Positions 36,508-45,264 of a DNA stretch of 64,000 nucleotides are shown piece after piece. Source of the DNA: Anaerolineales bacterium (GTDB lineage: Bacteria > Chloroflexota > Anaerolineae > Anaerolineales > Villigracilaceae); assembly GCA_017882125.1 (NCBI GenBank), contig JADGQC010000001.1:12149-76148 (forward strand). Reading direction: 5' to 3'. The position numbers and the translations under genes are program-made. The notes beneath the pieces are model-generated. The model did no database searches and was not told the DNA's origin. It worked only from the letters and a program-made list of their open reading frames with translations. The first letter of the stretch is position 1. Each line of letters starts with the position of its first letter.

Positions 36508-36778
36508 TTTATACCACCTGATTTAGTTAAGTTTACCACAAATCACAATCTCTCATGTTTCCTCTGCTTGAGGTACTTTTGGACATTAACTTTCATTGCT
36601 GGTGGCATGTGGGCAGCCCGCCAATGGATGCCGCTGCCCGCCCTGAAAGTTTATGGTATGGTTTTCATGTATATTTTGGTTATTTTTGAGGAACGGGGCT
36701 GCAATTCGGATAATATTGATGAATTTATTAGAACTTTGTATAACATATTCATCGAATCTGGCTTAGACGTACATAGGT

Positions 36779-36787
36779 TGGTATAAT
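36779..36787 (+). promoter_or_regulatory. Candidate extended -10 promoter element (TGGTATAAT) for ftsH
   Basis: TGnTATAAT lies 27 nt upstream of GTG 36814, with an AGGAGG Shine-Dalgarno sequence at 36804..36809. The upstream region is AT-rich. Confidence 0.45.
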
Positions 36788-36813
36788 CCCAATCGCACGG
36801 ACAGGAGGTCCAT

Positions 36814-38673
36814 GTGAATTCACGCAATCAGTCCTATATTATTTATCTCCTGCTTTTCGTAGCAATCGTCGCGATGGTCTATTTTAACGTCCGTCAGCAG
36901 CCGAGTTCCACTGGGCCGTTGACCATCAGCCAGGTTGTTCAGCAGATCCAGGCAGGCACGGTCACACGCATTGTCGTCAACGATGACAGCAGTTTGCAGG
37001 TGATTTCTTCGAGTGCCAGCGGTCCGATCGAGCAAACGTCCCACAAGGAACCGGAGACAACTCTTGTTTCTCAATTAACGGCGTTTGGTGTAACTCCCTC
37101 TCAATTGACTGGTGTGACCATCGAGGCCAATCCACCCAGTCCCTGGGCAGGTATTTTAACTTTGGCCACTTACATCGTGCCTGTCATTCTGCTTGGCGTG
37201 TTGTTCTGGTTCATTTTCCGTCAGGCACAGGGCAGCAACAACGCTGCCATGGCCTTTGGTAAATCCAAGGCGCGCATGTTTAGCGGCGAACATCCCACAG
37301 TAACATTCGAGGATGTAGCCGGCATCGATGAATCCAAGGAAGAATTGAAGGAAGTGGTTGAGTTCCTGAAAGAACCCCAAAAATTCATCCAGTTGGGCGC
37401 TCGTATTCCCAAGGGCGTATTGTTGGTTGGCCCTCCCGGAACAGGCAAGACGCTGCTTGCCAAGGCCGTGTCCGGTGAAGCCGGTGTGCCTTTCTTCTCC
37501 ATCTCCGGCTCGGAGTTCGTGGAAATGTTCGTCGGTGTGGGTGCCAGCCGCGTGCGAGACCTTTTTGACCAGGCCAAGCGCCATTCCCCCTGTATAGTTT
37601 TTGTTGACGAAATTGATGCCGTTGGACGCCAGCGCGGCGCTGGTTTGGGCGGGTCCCACGACGAGCGTGAGCAGACCCTAAACCAGATGCTTGTTGAGAT
37701 GGATGGTTTCGATACCGACACCAACGTGATCGTGGTGGCTGCCACAAACCGTCCCGACATCCTCGACCCGGCCTTGCTCCGCCCCGGTCGCTTTGACCGC
37801 CGCATTACTCTCGACCGGCCGGATATGCGCGGCCGAGAAGCCATCCTTAAAGTTCATGCGCGCGGCAAACCGTTTGAACCGACGGTTGATCTGGGAAGCA
37901 TTGCCCGCGGCACGCCCGGATTTGTTGGCGCAGACCTTGAGAACTTGATCAATGAGAGTGCCATCCTGGCTGCCCGCCGCAATAAGAAAGCCATCGGTCA
38001 ACCGGAATTGGAAGAAGCCATCGAACGTGTGATCATGGGACCCGAACGCAAATCCCGGTTGATCAGCGAAGAAGAAAAACGTATCCTTGCTTATCACGAA
38101 GCGGGTCACGCCGTGGTCATCAATGCCATCCCTGAAGCCGACCCGGTCCAAAAGATAACCATCGTTGGACGCGGTCAGGCAGGTGGGATAACCTGGAACC
38201 GCCCTCAGGATGATCGTATGCTCACCTCGCGCAAGAAAATGATGGCGCAATTGACCTTGTTCCTGGGTGGACGCGCAGCCGAGCAGATCGTCTTCGATGA
38301 TATTACTTCGGGTGCCGCCAATGACTTGGAAAATGTTACCCGCATGGCCCGCACCATGGTTACCCGCCTGGGAATGAGTAACGAAATGGGTGCGATGGTC
38401 TACGGTCAAAAGGAAGAGCTCATATTCCTTGGCCGCGAAATATCCGAGCAGCGCGATTATTCCGAGGCAGTTGCCGAACAGATCGACCGTGAAGTGAGAA
38501 ACCTTGTCGATGCCTCCTATAAACAGGCGCTGGCGATCTTGAATAAATATCGCACCGAACTCGATGCTGTTGCAGCCAAACTGCTCGAGGTTGAAACGCT
38601 GTCACGCGAAGAGTTCGAGAAAATATTCCCACCTCCTTTTCCAAAAAAGAGTGGTACTCCTCAACCAGCATAA
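36814..38673 (+). CDS. ftsH: ATP-dependent zinc metalloprotease FtsH
   Basis: 619 aa. Two TM helices, Walker [21 protein letters not shown] region, HEAGH zinc motif. Confidence 0.95.
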   Translation: MNSRNQSYIIYLLLFVAIVAMVYFNVRQQPSSTGPLTISQVVQQIQAGTVTRIVVNDDSSLQVISSSASGPIEQTSHKEPETTLVSQLTAFGVTPSQLTGVTIEANPPSPWAGILTLATYIVPVILLGVLFWFIFRQAQGSNNAAMAFGKSKARMFSGEHPTVTFEDVAGIDESKEELKEVVEFLKEPQKFIQLGARIPKGVLLVGPPGTGKTLLAKAVSGEAGVPFFSISGSEFVEMFVGVGASRVRDLFDQAKRHSPCIVFVDEIDAVGRQRGAGLGGSHDEREQTLNQMLVEMDGFDTDTNVIVVAATNRPDILDPALLRPGRFDRRITLDRPDMRGREAILKVHARGKPFEPTVDLGSIARGTPGFVGADLENLINESAILAARRNKKAIGQPELEEAIERVIMGPERKSRLISEEEKRILAYHEAGHAVVINAIPEADPVQKITIVGRGQAGGITWNRPQDDRMLTSRKKMMAQLTLFLGGRAAEQIVFDDITSGAANDLENVTRMARTMVTRLGMSNEMGAMVYGQKEELIFLGREISEQRDYSEAVAEQIDREVRNLVDASYKQALAILNKYRTELDAVAAKLLEVETLSREEFEKIFPPPFPKKSGTPQPA

Positions 38674-38677
38674 TCAC

Positions 38678-38713
38678 GAACAAACCCGGCTTCATCGCCG
38701 GGTTTGTTCTTTG
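38678..38713 (+). terminator. Rho-independent terminator of ftsH
   Basis: gaacaaacccggc/gccgggtttgttc form a perfect 13-bp stem, followed by TTT. Confidence 0.8.
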
Positions 38714-38793
38714 GAAGGTAATTTGCTCGGGTTGCCAGCCAGGTTCAGCTCAATTCAACTTGCATTTCCAACATTGGCATGACGGGCATAAAT

Positions 38794-39231
38794 TTATACC
38801 GGTTTTCCTGGAACATTCTTTGGTCCAAGCAGCCACGCGAGCGCGTTCTCCGGGTTATCGAATATCTTCAGGTTGAAACCTCGGTTTTGGGAGACCGTCT
38901 CCAGGAACCAATCCCTCGTTTTTGGTAACGGTCTATCGATGATTGCCGCTTTTAAAATCCCCTTCCCTCGAAGTCTCTGGAAGTCTTTTGTGACAAGGTA
39001 GTCGCTGTCGAAAACACCCAGCCTCCCCTTCAATTCCCTGACATCGACTAGGACCTTCTCCTTATGATGCTCAATTGTAGCCTGAGCTATTTCAGTCACG
39101 AGAGAAGCGACCACTCCTCGCGTTCGAAACCCGGATGCGCATGCCAGCATGTACTCTTCTTCGATCTTTAACGTTATTTGACGAGTGGGTTTCGGTGTGA
39201 CTGCATTGATCCGGGTCATATCGTCATTCAT
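38794..39231 (-). CDS. Hypothetical protein (possibly STAS/SpoIIAA-like fold)
   Basis: 145-aa ORF. Only a weak resemblance. Confidence 0.4.
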   Translation of the reverse strand: MNDDMTRINAVTPKPTRQITLKIEEEYMLACASGFRTRGVVASLVTEIAQATIEHHKEKVLVDVRELKGRLGVFDSDYLVTKDFQRLRGKGILKAAIIDRPLPKTRDWFLETVSQNRGFNLKIFDNPENALAWLLGPKNVPGKPV

Positions 39232-39414
39232 ACCACTCTCCTGCTTTACTCATCAAGAACCTATAAAATATTAAACGCCGGATGATCGATTTTTTCCTTT
39301 GGAAAAAAATGATTGGTGGACAATGATCGCGCTATATTCTGCCAACCACGGCGAGTTATTTAAATTCAACGGAATGCACGTAAGCAATTCACCCTCTTTT
39401 GCTATAACTTCGAA

Positions 39415-40332
39415 TTAGCTCAGGAACGCACGGACCCGTTTTTCGATTTCTTCAAGATTGTTTTGTCCGGCATCGAACCAGTGAATGCTCGCATCTTCCT
39501 GCTTAAACCAGTTTGCCTGCCTTCTCACGAAGACACGCGTCAATCGCCGCATTTGCACCTTGGCCTCTTCCACGCTCATTTCCCCCCGCAGCACAGCCGC
39601 GCATTCGCGGTAGCCAATGGCAGACATGGTTGGTAGGTCAGGACTATACCCATGTGCCAGCAGGCCGCACACCTCATCCAGCAAGCCTGATGCGAACATC
39701 GACTCGATGCGCGCATCGACGCGCGCATACAACTTAGCGCGCGGACGGATCAGTCCGATCAACATCAGTCGATATGGGCTCTCGCCTTTTCCGCGCTGGT
39801 CTGAGAATCTGCGGCCCGTGGAGAAGATCACTTCCAGCGCCCGTATCGTCCTGCGTACGTTACGAGGATCGATCGCTTGCGCGGCTGCTGGATCCAGGAT
39901 GGCCAGCCGGTGATGCAGCCATTTGAACCCATTTGAATTAACCTGCTCTTCCAGGGCAGCCCGCAAGAGGTCATTGGGCGCCGTCGCTGGTGGTGTCCAC
40001 CCGTGAGTTACTGCGTGGACATACTGTCCTGTCCCGCCCACCAGGAATGGCAATCTCTGACGGGCATGAATGTCTGCAATCGCGTCTGCAGCCATCTTTT
40101 GAAATACAGCCAGGCTGCATATACCATCCGGTTCGACTACATCGATCAGGTGATGCGGAATTAAGGCGCGCTCCTCCGCCGTTGGCTTTGCAGTACCAAT
40201 ATCCATACCGCGATAAAAAAGTCGTGAATCCGCCGATACGATTTCCCCTCCCAACCGGACAGCAAGTTGGATGGAAACCTCGGTTTTACCGACTGCCGTG
40301 GGACCGACTATGACAATTAAAGAAGGTTTCAT
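39415..40332 (-). CDS. miaA: tRNA dimethylallyltransferase
   Basis: 305 aa. VIVGPTAVGKTEVSIQLA...IVSADSRLFYRGMDIGTAKPT. Confidence 0.9.
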   Translation of the reverse strand: MKPSLIVIVGPTAVGKTEVSIQLAVRLGGEIVSADSRLFYRGMDIGTAKPTAEERALIPHHLIDVVEPDGICSLAVFQKMAADAIADIHARQRLPFLVGGTGQYVHAVTHGWTPPATAPNDLLRAALEEQVNSNGFKWLHHRLAILDPAAAQAIDPRNVRRTIRALEVIFSTGRRFSDQRGKGESPYRLMLIGLIRPRAKLYARVDARIESMFASGLLDEVCGLLAHGYSPDLPTMSAIGYRECAAVLRGEMSVEEAKVQMRRLTRVFVRRQANWFKQEDASIHWFDAGQNNLEEIEKRVRAFLS

Positions 40333-40340
40333 TCTAGAAA

Positions 40341-40703
40341 TTACTCTATCACGTTCTCAAAATGCACAACCTGTGCTTTTCCACCCGGTTTACCTTCCAC
40401 GGCGATCACGTCAAATTGCCAGCTATCCCCGCTTTCGGGATGCGCCTGGAGATATTCGTTGGCTGCGAAGAGCATGTACGCCTGCTTACGGCGTGTGACC
40501 GAATCTTCCGGGTAGGCAAAGGCATGCGATCTGCGTGTCTTTACCTCCACGAAGACTAGCAATCCATCTTTACTGGCGACGATGTCAATTTCACCGTGTG
40601 CGCTGTGAACATTTCTCGCCAGCACCCTGTAGCCTTTCGATTTCAGATACTCTGTCGCGGTTTCTTCACCCCATCGTCCGGTTGCCTGTTTGGTGGTGGT
40701 CAT
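40341..40703 (-). CDS. YraN-family (UPF0102) endonuclease-like protein
   Basis: 120 aa. GRWGEETATEYLKSKGYRVLARN...GEIDIVA...VFVEVKTR. Confidence 0.8.
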   Translation of the reverse strand: MTTTKQATGRWGEETATEYLKSKGYRVLARNVHSAHGEIDIVASKDGLLVFVEVKTRRSHAFAYPEDSVTRRKQAYMLFAANEYLQAHPESGDSWQFDVIAVEGKPGGKAQVVHFENVIE

Positions 40704-41896
40704 GCGCGCAATTTCTCCACCAGGCTGCGGATGCGGGAACTTAAATTATGCCGGCGGGGAAGCGCAGCAAACTCCAGGCGTTCATAATGATCAAGCATGG
40801 TTTTCATTGTATGTTCAATGGCGTATTTTTCAGAGACCTTGCGGGCTGCTTCGCCCATTTTCCTGCGCAGGCTTTTATCGAGGCAGAGCCGGGTCAGTTT
40901 GGCGGCGAAGGCAGCCTGGTTTTGGCTGGCAAGGAAGCCGGTTCTATGGTCCTCAATGATATCGCCCACGCCTACTGAGTGGATGCCCAGTGCTGGCAGC
41001 CCGGTCGCCATGGCTTCTATCACTGAAAGGGGATGAACTTCGGTTACCGAGGCAGTCACGAAAATATCGCTCATCGCCAGGTATTGCGGGATTTCATCAT
41101 ATGCGACCATCCCGAAAAAATGGACTTGCTCTAATACACCGGTCTCTGCGGCAAGTTTTTTCAACCCCTCTTCCTCAGGTCCGCCCCCAATGATAAGTAA
41201 ATGTAAATTCTCTACTGTCTCCGCCACTCCGGCGAATGCCTTGATAAGAAAATCCACGCTTTTTTCCGGTCCCAACCGCCCGGAATAGATCAACAGGATG
41301 TCCTGTTGGTTAAAACCAAATTCCAGGCGGCAGTCTTCGCAAGCTTCGTGGTAAAGATCCAGTTCAACACCATTGGGCACTACTTCGATCGGGCAGGTTA
41401 CCCCGAGCTTGCGCAGCACATCTCCCATCCCGGGCGAAGGTGAGATAACCAGGTCCACTGCAGTACAGAAGGGTGGCATATAGCTCTGAAGGAAACTGGT
41501 GCTTATCTCTTCCGGCAGGAGCGGTACATATACTTGTGCATATAGATCATAACGGGTATGGTTGGTGAAGACGACCGGTATGTGTAGTGGACGGCAATAG
41601 TTCAAGGCAAGACGCCCGCTGATGAATGGGTGGTGAACGTGAACCAGGTCCATGGTCTGGAGCAGTGCCTTTGCAGTCCGACGATAGCGGAAGTTCAACG
41701 AGTAGCCGGTATCCACCAGTTGCAAACCTGGGGAGCGAATAATATTGGCTTCTTCGTCTCGAAAGTCGAGGTCTCCGAAGGTAAAAACAAAAACCTCGTG
41801 TCCTGCCCTTTCCAAATATCGTTTGTTCAAGGAAATATAGTTGGTGATTCCACTGACGTGCGGTTTGTAGACATCTGCCATCATGCCGATGCGCAT
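40700..41896 (-). CDS. GT4-family (GT-B fold) glycosyltransferase
   Basis: 398 aa. N-terminal Y.PHVSG.TN and a C-terminal E..PLSVIEAMATGLP motif. 4-nt overlap with the YraN gene. Confidence 0.8.
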   Translation of the reverse strand: MRIGMMADVYKPHVSGITNYISLNKRYLERAGHEVFVFTFGDLDFRDEEANIIRSPGLQLVDTGYSLNFRYRRTAKALLQTMDLVHVHHPFISGRLALNYCRPLHIPVVFTNHTRYDLYAQVYVPLLPEEISTSFLQSYMPPFCTAVDLVISPSPGMGDVLRKLGVTCPIEVVPNGVELDLYHEACEDCRLEFGFNQQDILLIYSGRLGPEKSVDFLIKAFAGVAETVENLHLLIIGGGPEEEGLKKLAAETGVLEQVHFFGMVAYDEIPQYLAMSDIFVTASVTEVHPLSVIEAMATGLPALGIHSVGVGDIIEDHRTGFLASQNQAAFAAKLTRLCLDKSLRRKMGEAARKVSEKYAIEHTMKTMLDHYERLEFAALPRRHNLSSRIRSLVEKLRA

Positions 41897-42076
41897 CCTG
41901 ACCTCCGCAGCTATCTTAAATGTTCACGGGATTCACCTTCGCGAGAGATTTTCCCGTTGCTTATCGTAAGTCAAGCAAGGGGGTCTGTCAAGGTAGGGTA
42001 TAATTATTACGTTCAGGATGTTTCATCCAATATTTTTACGCCCCCTGTGGGTAATCTAATAAATCAAAGGCAATTT

Positions 42077-43669
42077 ATGGCAAGCGTTCCTTTCAGTTTG
42101 CCTCCGGACTATTGGCAGACTTTTTTCCTCGACAAGAAAGACCTGGAATTTCTAAGCACCTATTTATTCGAAAACGAGACGCCTCTTACTGAGAAAGAAC
42201 TCCTCCCAGTTATGATTGGCGAGCGCATCCGCAACGAGCGTGAAGCGCTTGTTAAACAACAGCGTTCAATCGGAAAGATGTATTTGCCCGAAGGGCACTA
42301 TTTGGTGGGGGAGAGTCTGGTTTTTCCTGCACTAAACTGGAAAAAAGGGAAAATCATCAGCTCGCGTCCCGGAGTAAATCCATCCACGGGTGAATTTGAA
42401 GTCATCGAGGTGGAATTTGCGGGCGAATCTTCACGCCTGATGGCTGCGGGTTTAGCCAACCACAAGTTAAATCAACCGGTAGAAATTTCCGTTGATGACC
42501 CTCTTCTCAATCCGGATAACGTCATTAAAACATATGGCCCGGATTTGGAGCAGAAATTAAATACCGCACTCTCTGGCGACAATGGCTTGGTTAAGGTTGC
42601 CGCCCGCTGGTTCCCTCGTGCGCTGTTGGTTGATATCAATGTTGGTCAGCTCAACCTTGCAGAGGCAGTTTTGGATGAGGCAGCCGCTGGCAAACCGCTT
42701 ACCACGACCGCCCTGATCGATCAGTTGGAAATCTCGGGGAATGTTAACCCAAAGCTGATTGAGTTCTCGATGAATTATGCCTTGCAGGAAGACGGTCGTT
42801 TTGATGAAGTTGGCCCATCGGGCGAGGTGCTTTGGTTTTTAAAACGCCTGGAACCGCACGATGTGCAGCAAATTCCATCCCCGCTCCGGTATATTGAAAT
42901 TCCATACAACCGCTCCATCCTGACACATGAAATGCTGGCTCTTGAAACCGAGCTGGATGATGAGCTGGCTGGAAACCAACCACCCGCCGGTGAGGTGGAC
43001 GAAGTGACCATCAGCCTGAGTTATCCCCACTGGCGGGCAGGTACACTGCCCGTGTCGGCACGGGTGCGGAGCTTGTTCCCCACGGCATATGAGTCTCCGC
43101 GAGTCCGCTTTACCCTGGTGGATGGACAATCCAGTGAGGAGATCCAGGCCTGGGTGGTTCGCCAGCATGGTTATGTCGTTGGATTGGGTCCTCTATACCA
43201 GAAATATGGTTTGATCCCGGGTAGCTTGATTTCTGTAACAAGGGGTAAAAAACCAGGGCAGGCGATCGTGACCGCCAAAACCCGCCGACCAACGCGGGAT
43301 TGGGTACGGACGGTGCTGGTTGGGAGCGATGGCAGGATCGTCTTTGCCATGCTCAAGCAGAACTTGACTGCTGAGTTGAATGAACGCATGGTTGTTGCAG
43401 TGCCTGATCCCGCCGGTGTGGATGAAGCCTGTGAGCAGATTGCGCAGCAGCATCTGTCTTTTGAACAACTGGTTGCCGATATGATGCGGGAACTGGTTAA
43501 ATTAAATGTACAGGGTCATGTGCACGCACAGGAATTATATTCGGCAATAAATATTATTCGCCGCTGCCCGCCGGGAGCACTTTTGGCTTTTTTGACCAGC
43601 AGTTCCAGTTATCGGCATGTTGGCGATCTTCATTATCGTCTCGCGGAGCCGGAGGCTGAAAATGCCTGA
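42077..43669 (+). CDS. Hypothetical 530-aa soluble protein
   Basis: The listed ORF 41630..43669 is trimmed to ATG 42077 (MASVPFSLPPDYWQ...), because the 5' part overlaps the divergent GT4 gene. Ordinary composition; no motif recognised. Confidence 0.6.
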   Translation: MASVPFSLPPDYWQTFFLDKKDLEFLSTYLFENETPLTEKELLPVMIGERIRNEREALVKQQRSIGKMYLPEGHYLVGESLVFPALNWKKGKIISSRPGVNPSTGEFEVIEVEFAGESSRLMAAGLANHKLNQPVEISVDDPLLNPDNVIKTYGPDLEQKLNTALSGDNGLVKVAARWFPRALLVDINVGQLNLAEAVLDEAAAGKPLTTTALIDQLEISGNVNPKLIEFSMNYALQEDGRFDEVGPSGEVLWFLKRLEPHDVQQIPSPLRYIEIPYNRSILTHEMLALETELDDELAGNQPPAGEVDEVTISLSYPHWRAGTLPVSARVRSLFPTAYESPRVRFTLVDGQSSEEIQAWVVRQHGYVVGLGPLYQKYGLIPGSLISVTRGKKPGQAIVTAKTRRPTRDWVRTVLVGSDGRIVFAMLKQNLTAELNERMVVAVPDPAGVDEACEQIAQQHLSFEQLVADMMRELVKLNVQGHVHAQELYSAINIIRRCPPGALLAFLTSSSSYRHVGDLHYRLAEPEAENA

Positions 43670-44096
43670 AGTAAAAAAATTCAGCCTGATTAAACCTACC
43701 CTTCAGACTCCATTCCATATTGATTTCGAGTGGTGGCGGATTAATGATACGAACTGGCATGTAGCACTGCAGAGTCTGTTATGCGCCCAGCATCAGGAGG
43801 CCTTTGCGGGTCTTCCGGAAGGTCAGATGATCGACTGGGTGGACCCGGAGACGGCAGAGGTGCGCCAATTGGACGGCCTCCAAAACACGCTCATCAATCA
43901 TTGCGCCCAGCAACCCGGGTTTCTTGATGATCACACTGCCCTGGTGGACGCCATATTTCGTCTGCTCCTGATGAATGGCAATACACCTATTTCATCTGAG
44001 GAACTTGGGACGAGACTCCATCGCCCTGCCGATATCATTCTTAAGACAATCGCCGGTCCACGTGTATACAAGGGATTGAAACCCTTTGTCGCTTGA
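43662..44096 (+). CDS. Hypothetical 144-aa protein, translationally coupled to the upstream gene
   Basis: ATG 43662 (MPEVKKFSLIKPTLQTPFHIDFEWW...) is preceded by GGAGG and overlaps the upstream stop by 8 nt (ATGCCTGA). Confidence 0.55.
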   Translation: MPEVKKFSLIKPTLQTPFHIDFEWWRINDTNWHVALQSLLCAQHQEAFAGLPEGQMIDWVDPETAEVRQLDGLQNTLINHCAQQPGFLDDHTALVDAIFRLLLMNGNTPISSEELGTRLHRPADIILKTIAGPRVYKGLKPFVA

Positions 44097-44137
44097 TCAA
44101 TTGGAGTATAAATAGCATATTCACAAATTGTCCGTAT

Positions 44138-44210
44138 GCCCCTGTAGCTCAACGGACAGAGCACCTGCCTTCTAAGCAGTAGGTTGTGGGTTCGAATCCC
44201 GCCAGGGGCG
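44138..44210 (+). tRNA. tRNA-Arg (anticodon UCU)
   Basis: Hand-folded cloverleaf: acceptor gcccctg/caggggc, D arm gctc...gagc, anticodon loop cuUCUaa, T arm gtggg-ttcgaat-cccgc. No encoded CCA. Confidence 0.85.
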
Positions 44211-44277
44211 CTCCCCTCACCTGCAATATCTGCCATTGCATCAGATAAGGGAAAGCCGGGAGGGGCAGGAGGAAAAA

Positions 44278-44799
44278 ATGACCACAGAAAGGATCGGAGT
44301 TGTAAAATTTAGAGGACAGGATGTTACTGTCATTGGTAAGGATCTAAAACCGGGCGATATGGCTCCCGAATTTATCGTCCAGACTTTGGATTGGGCACCG
44401 TTTAATGGTTTGGCGAACACGCAAGGCAAAGTCCGTATTATTTCAGCTCTCCTCTCCCTGGAAACTGAAGTTTGCGACCGGGAGACCCGCCGATTCAACC
44501 AGGAAGCTGCCGCGTTAAGCAAGGATATTATTATCCTGGCGATCAGTACCGATTTGCCATATACCCAAAAACGCTGGTGCGGTGGCGCGGGTGTCGATCA
44601 AGTTACCGTTCTTTCTGACCATATGGGGACGGATTTTGGATTGAAATTTGCTTGTCTCATTAAAGAAGCGCGCATTCTTCGCCGGGCCATCTTCGTGGTG
44701 GACCGGGCTGGCAAAATAACCTATGCGGCTTACATGTCCGCCTTGGGAGACGAACCAAATTACCCCGAGGTGTTGGCAGCGGCCAAGGCAGCTCTTTAG
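44278..44799 (+). CDS. tpx: Thiol peroxidase (Tpx, atypical 2-Cys peroxiredoxin)
   Basis: Start at ATG 44278 after GGAGGAAAAA. KPGDMAPEF..., SLETEVCDRE, and DLPYTQKRWCG with the peroxidatic and resolving Cys. Confidence 0.8.
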   Translation: MTTERIGVVKFRGQDVTVIGKDLKPGDMAPEFIVQTLDWAPFNGLANTQGKVRIISALLSLETEVCDRETRRFNQEAAALSKDIIILAISTDLPYTQKRWCGGAGVDQVTVLSDHMGTDFGLKFACLIKEARILRRAIFVVDRAGKITYAAYMSALGDEPNYPEVLAAAKAAL

Positions 44800-44852
44800 G
44801 GATGCGATTTTTTGGTATCATCTTGTGCCGGTAGTTGGGCAAGGAGGTAGCC

Positions 44853-45254
44853 ATGTATTCGTTGTACCAAAAAGATCATCAGCCTGGATTGCTGTTGTCT
44901 GGGAAACATGCCATAGGTTGGCAGGTGAGTATCCATTCATATGCCTGGAATCCGCCCACAGATGTTTACGAAACTGAGGCGAGTTTTCTCGTGCGCCTTG
45001 AAGTTGCCGGGATGCGCCAGTCTGATTTTTCGATCGATGTTGAAGACAACTTCCTCATTATTAGTGGAGTCCGCAGTGAATCTCCCGAGCATCGCACTTA
45101 TCACCAGATGGAAATCCGGTTCGGCGAGTTCAGCACTTCAATAGAAATCCCTGCAGGCGCGGATGTTAGCAAAGCCCAGGCCGATTACGAAGATGGCTTT
45201 TTGAGTGTTGTGATGCCAAAGATTAAACCGACACCTGTTATTATCAAAGGCTGA
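44853..45254 (+). CDS. Hsp20/alpha-crystallin small heat-shock protein
   Basis: Start at ATG 44853 after AAGGAGG. The alpha-crystallin domain reads [21 protein letters not shown]...[10 protein letters not shown]. Confidence 0.85.
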   Translation: MYSLYQKDHQPGLLLSGKHAIGWQVSIHSYAWNPPTDVYETEASFLVRLEVAGMRQSDFSIDVEDNFLIISGVRSESPEHRTYHQMEIRFGEFSTSIEIPAGADVSKAQADYEDGFLSVVMPKIKPTPVIIKG

Positions 45255-45264
45255 TTCTTTTTTT

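Noticed and set aside
36568-36786. 72-aa ORF in the ftsH upstream region
   Set aside because: It lies in an AT-rich promoter region, has no Shine-Dalgarno sequence, has odd composition and overlaps the predicted ftsH promoter.
41630-42076. N-terminal 149 codons of listed ORF 41630..43669
   Set aside because: This part overlaps the divergent GT4 gene on the other strand and the intergenic promoter region. ATG 42077 gives a sensible N-terminus.
42077-44210. tRNA-Arg-adjacent unknown genes as a genomic island or prophage remnant
   Set aside because: I found no integrase, no direct repeat of the tRNA 3' end and no compositional break by eye. The flanking genes are ordinary housekeeping genes.
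43931-44236. 101-aa minus-strand ORF
   Set aside because: It runs straight through the tRNA-Arg gene (44138..44210) and the 3' end of a plus-strand CDS, so it is spurious.
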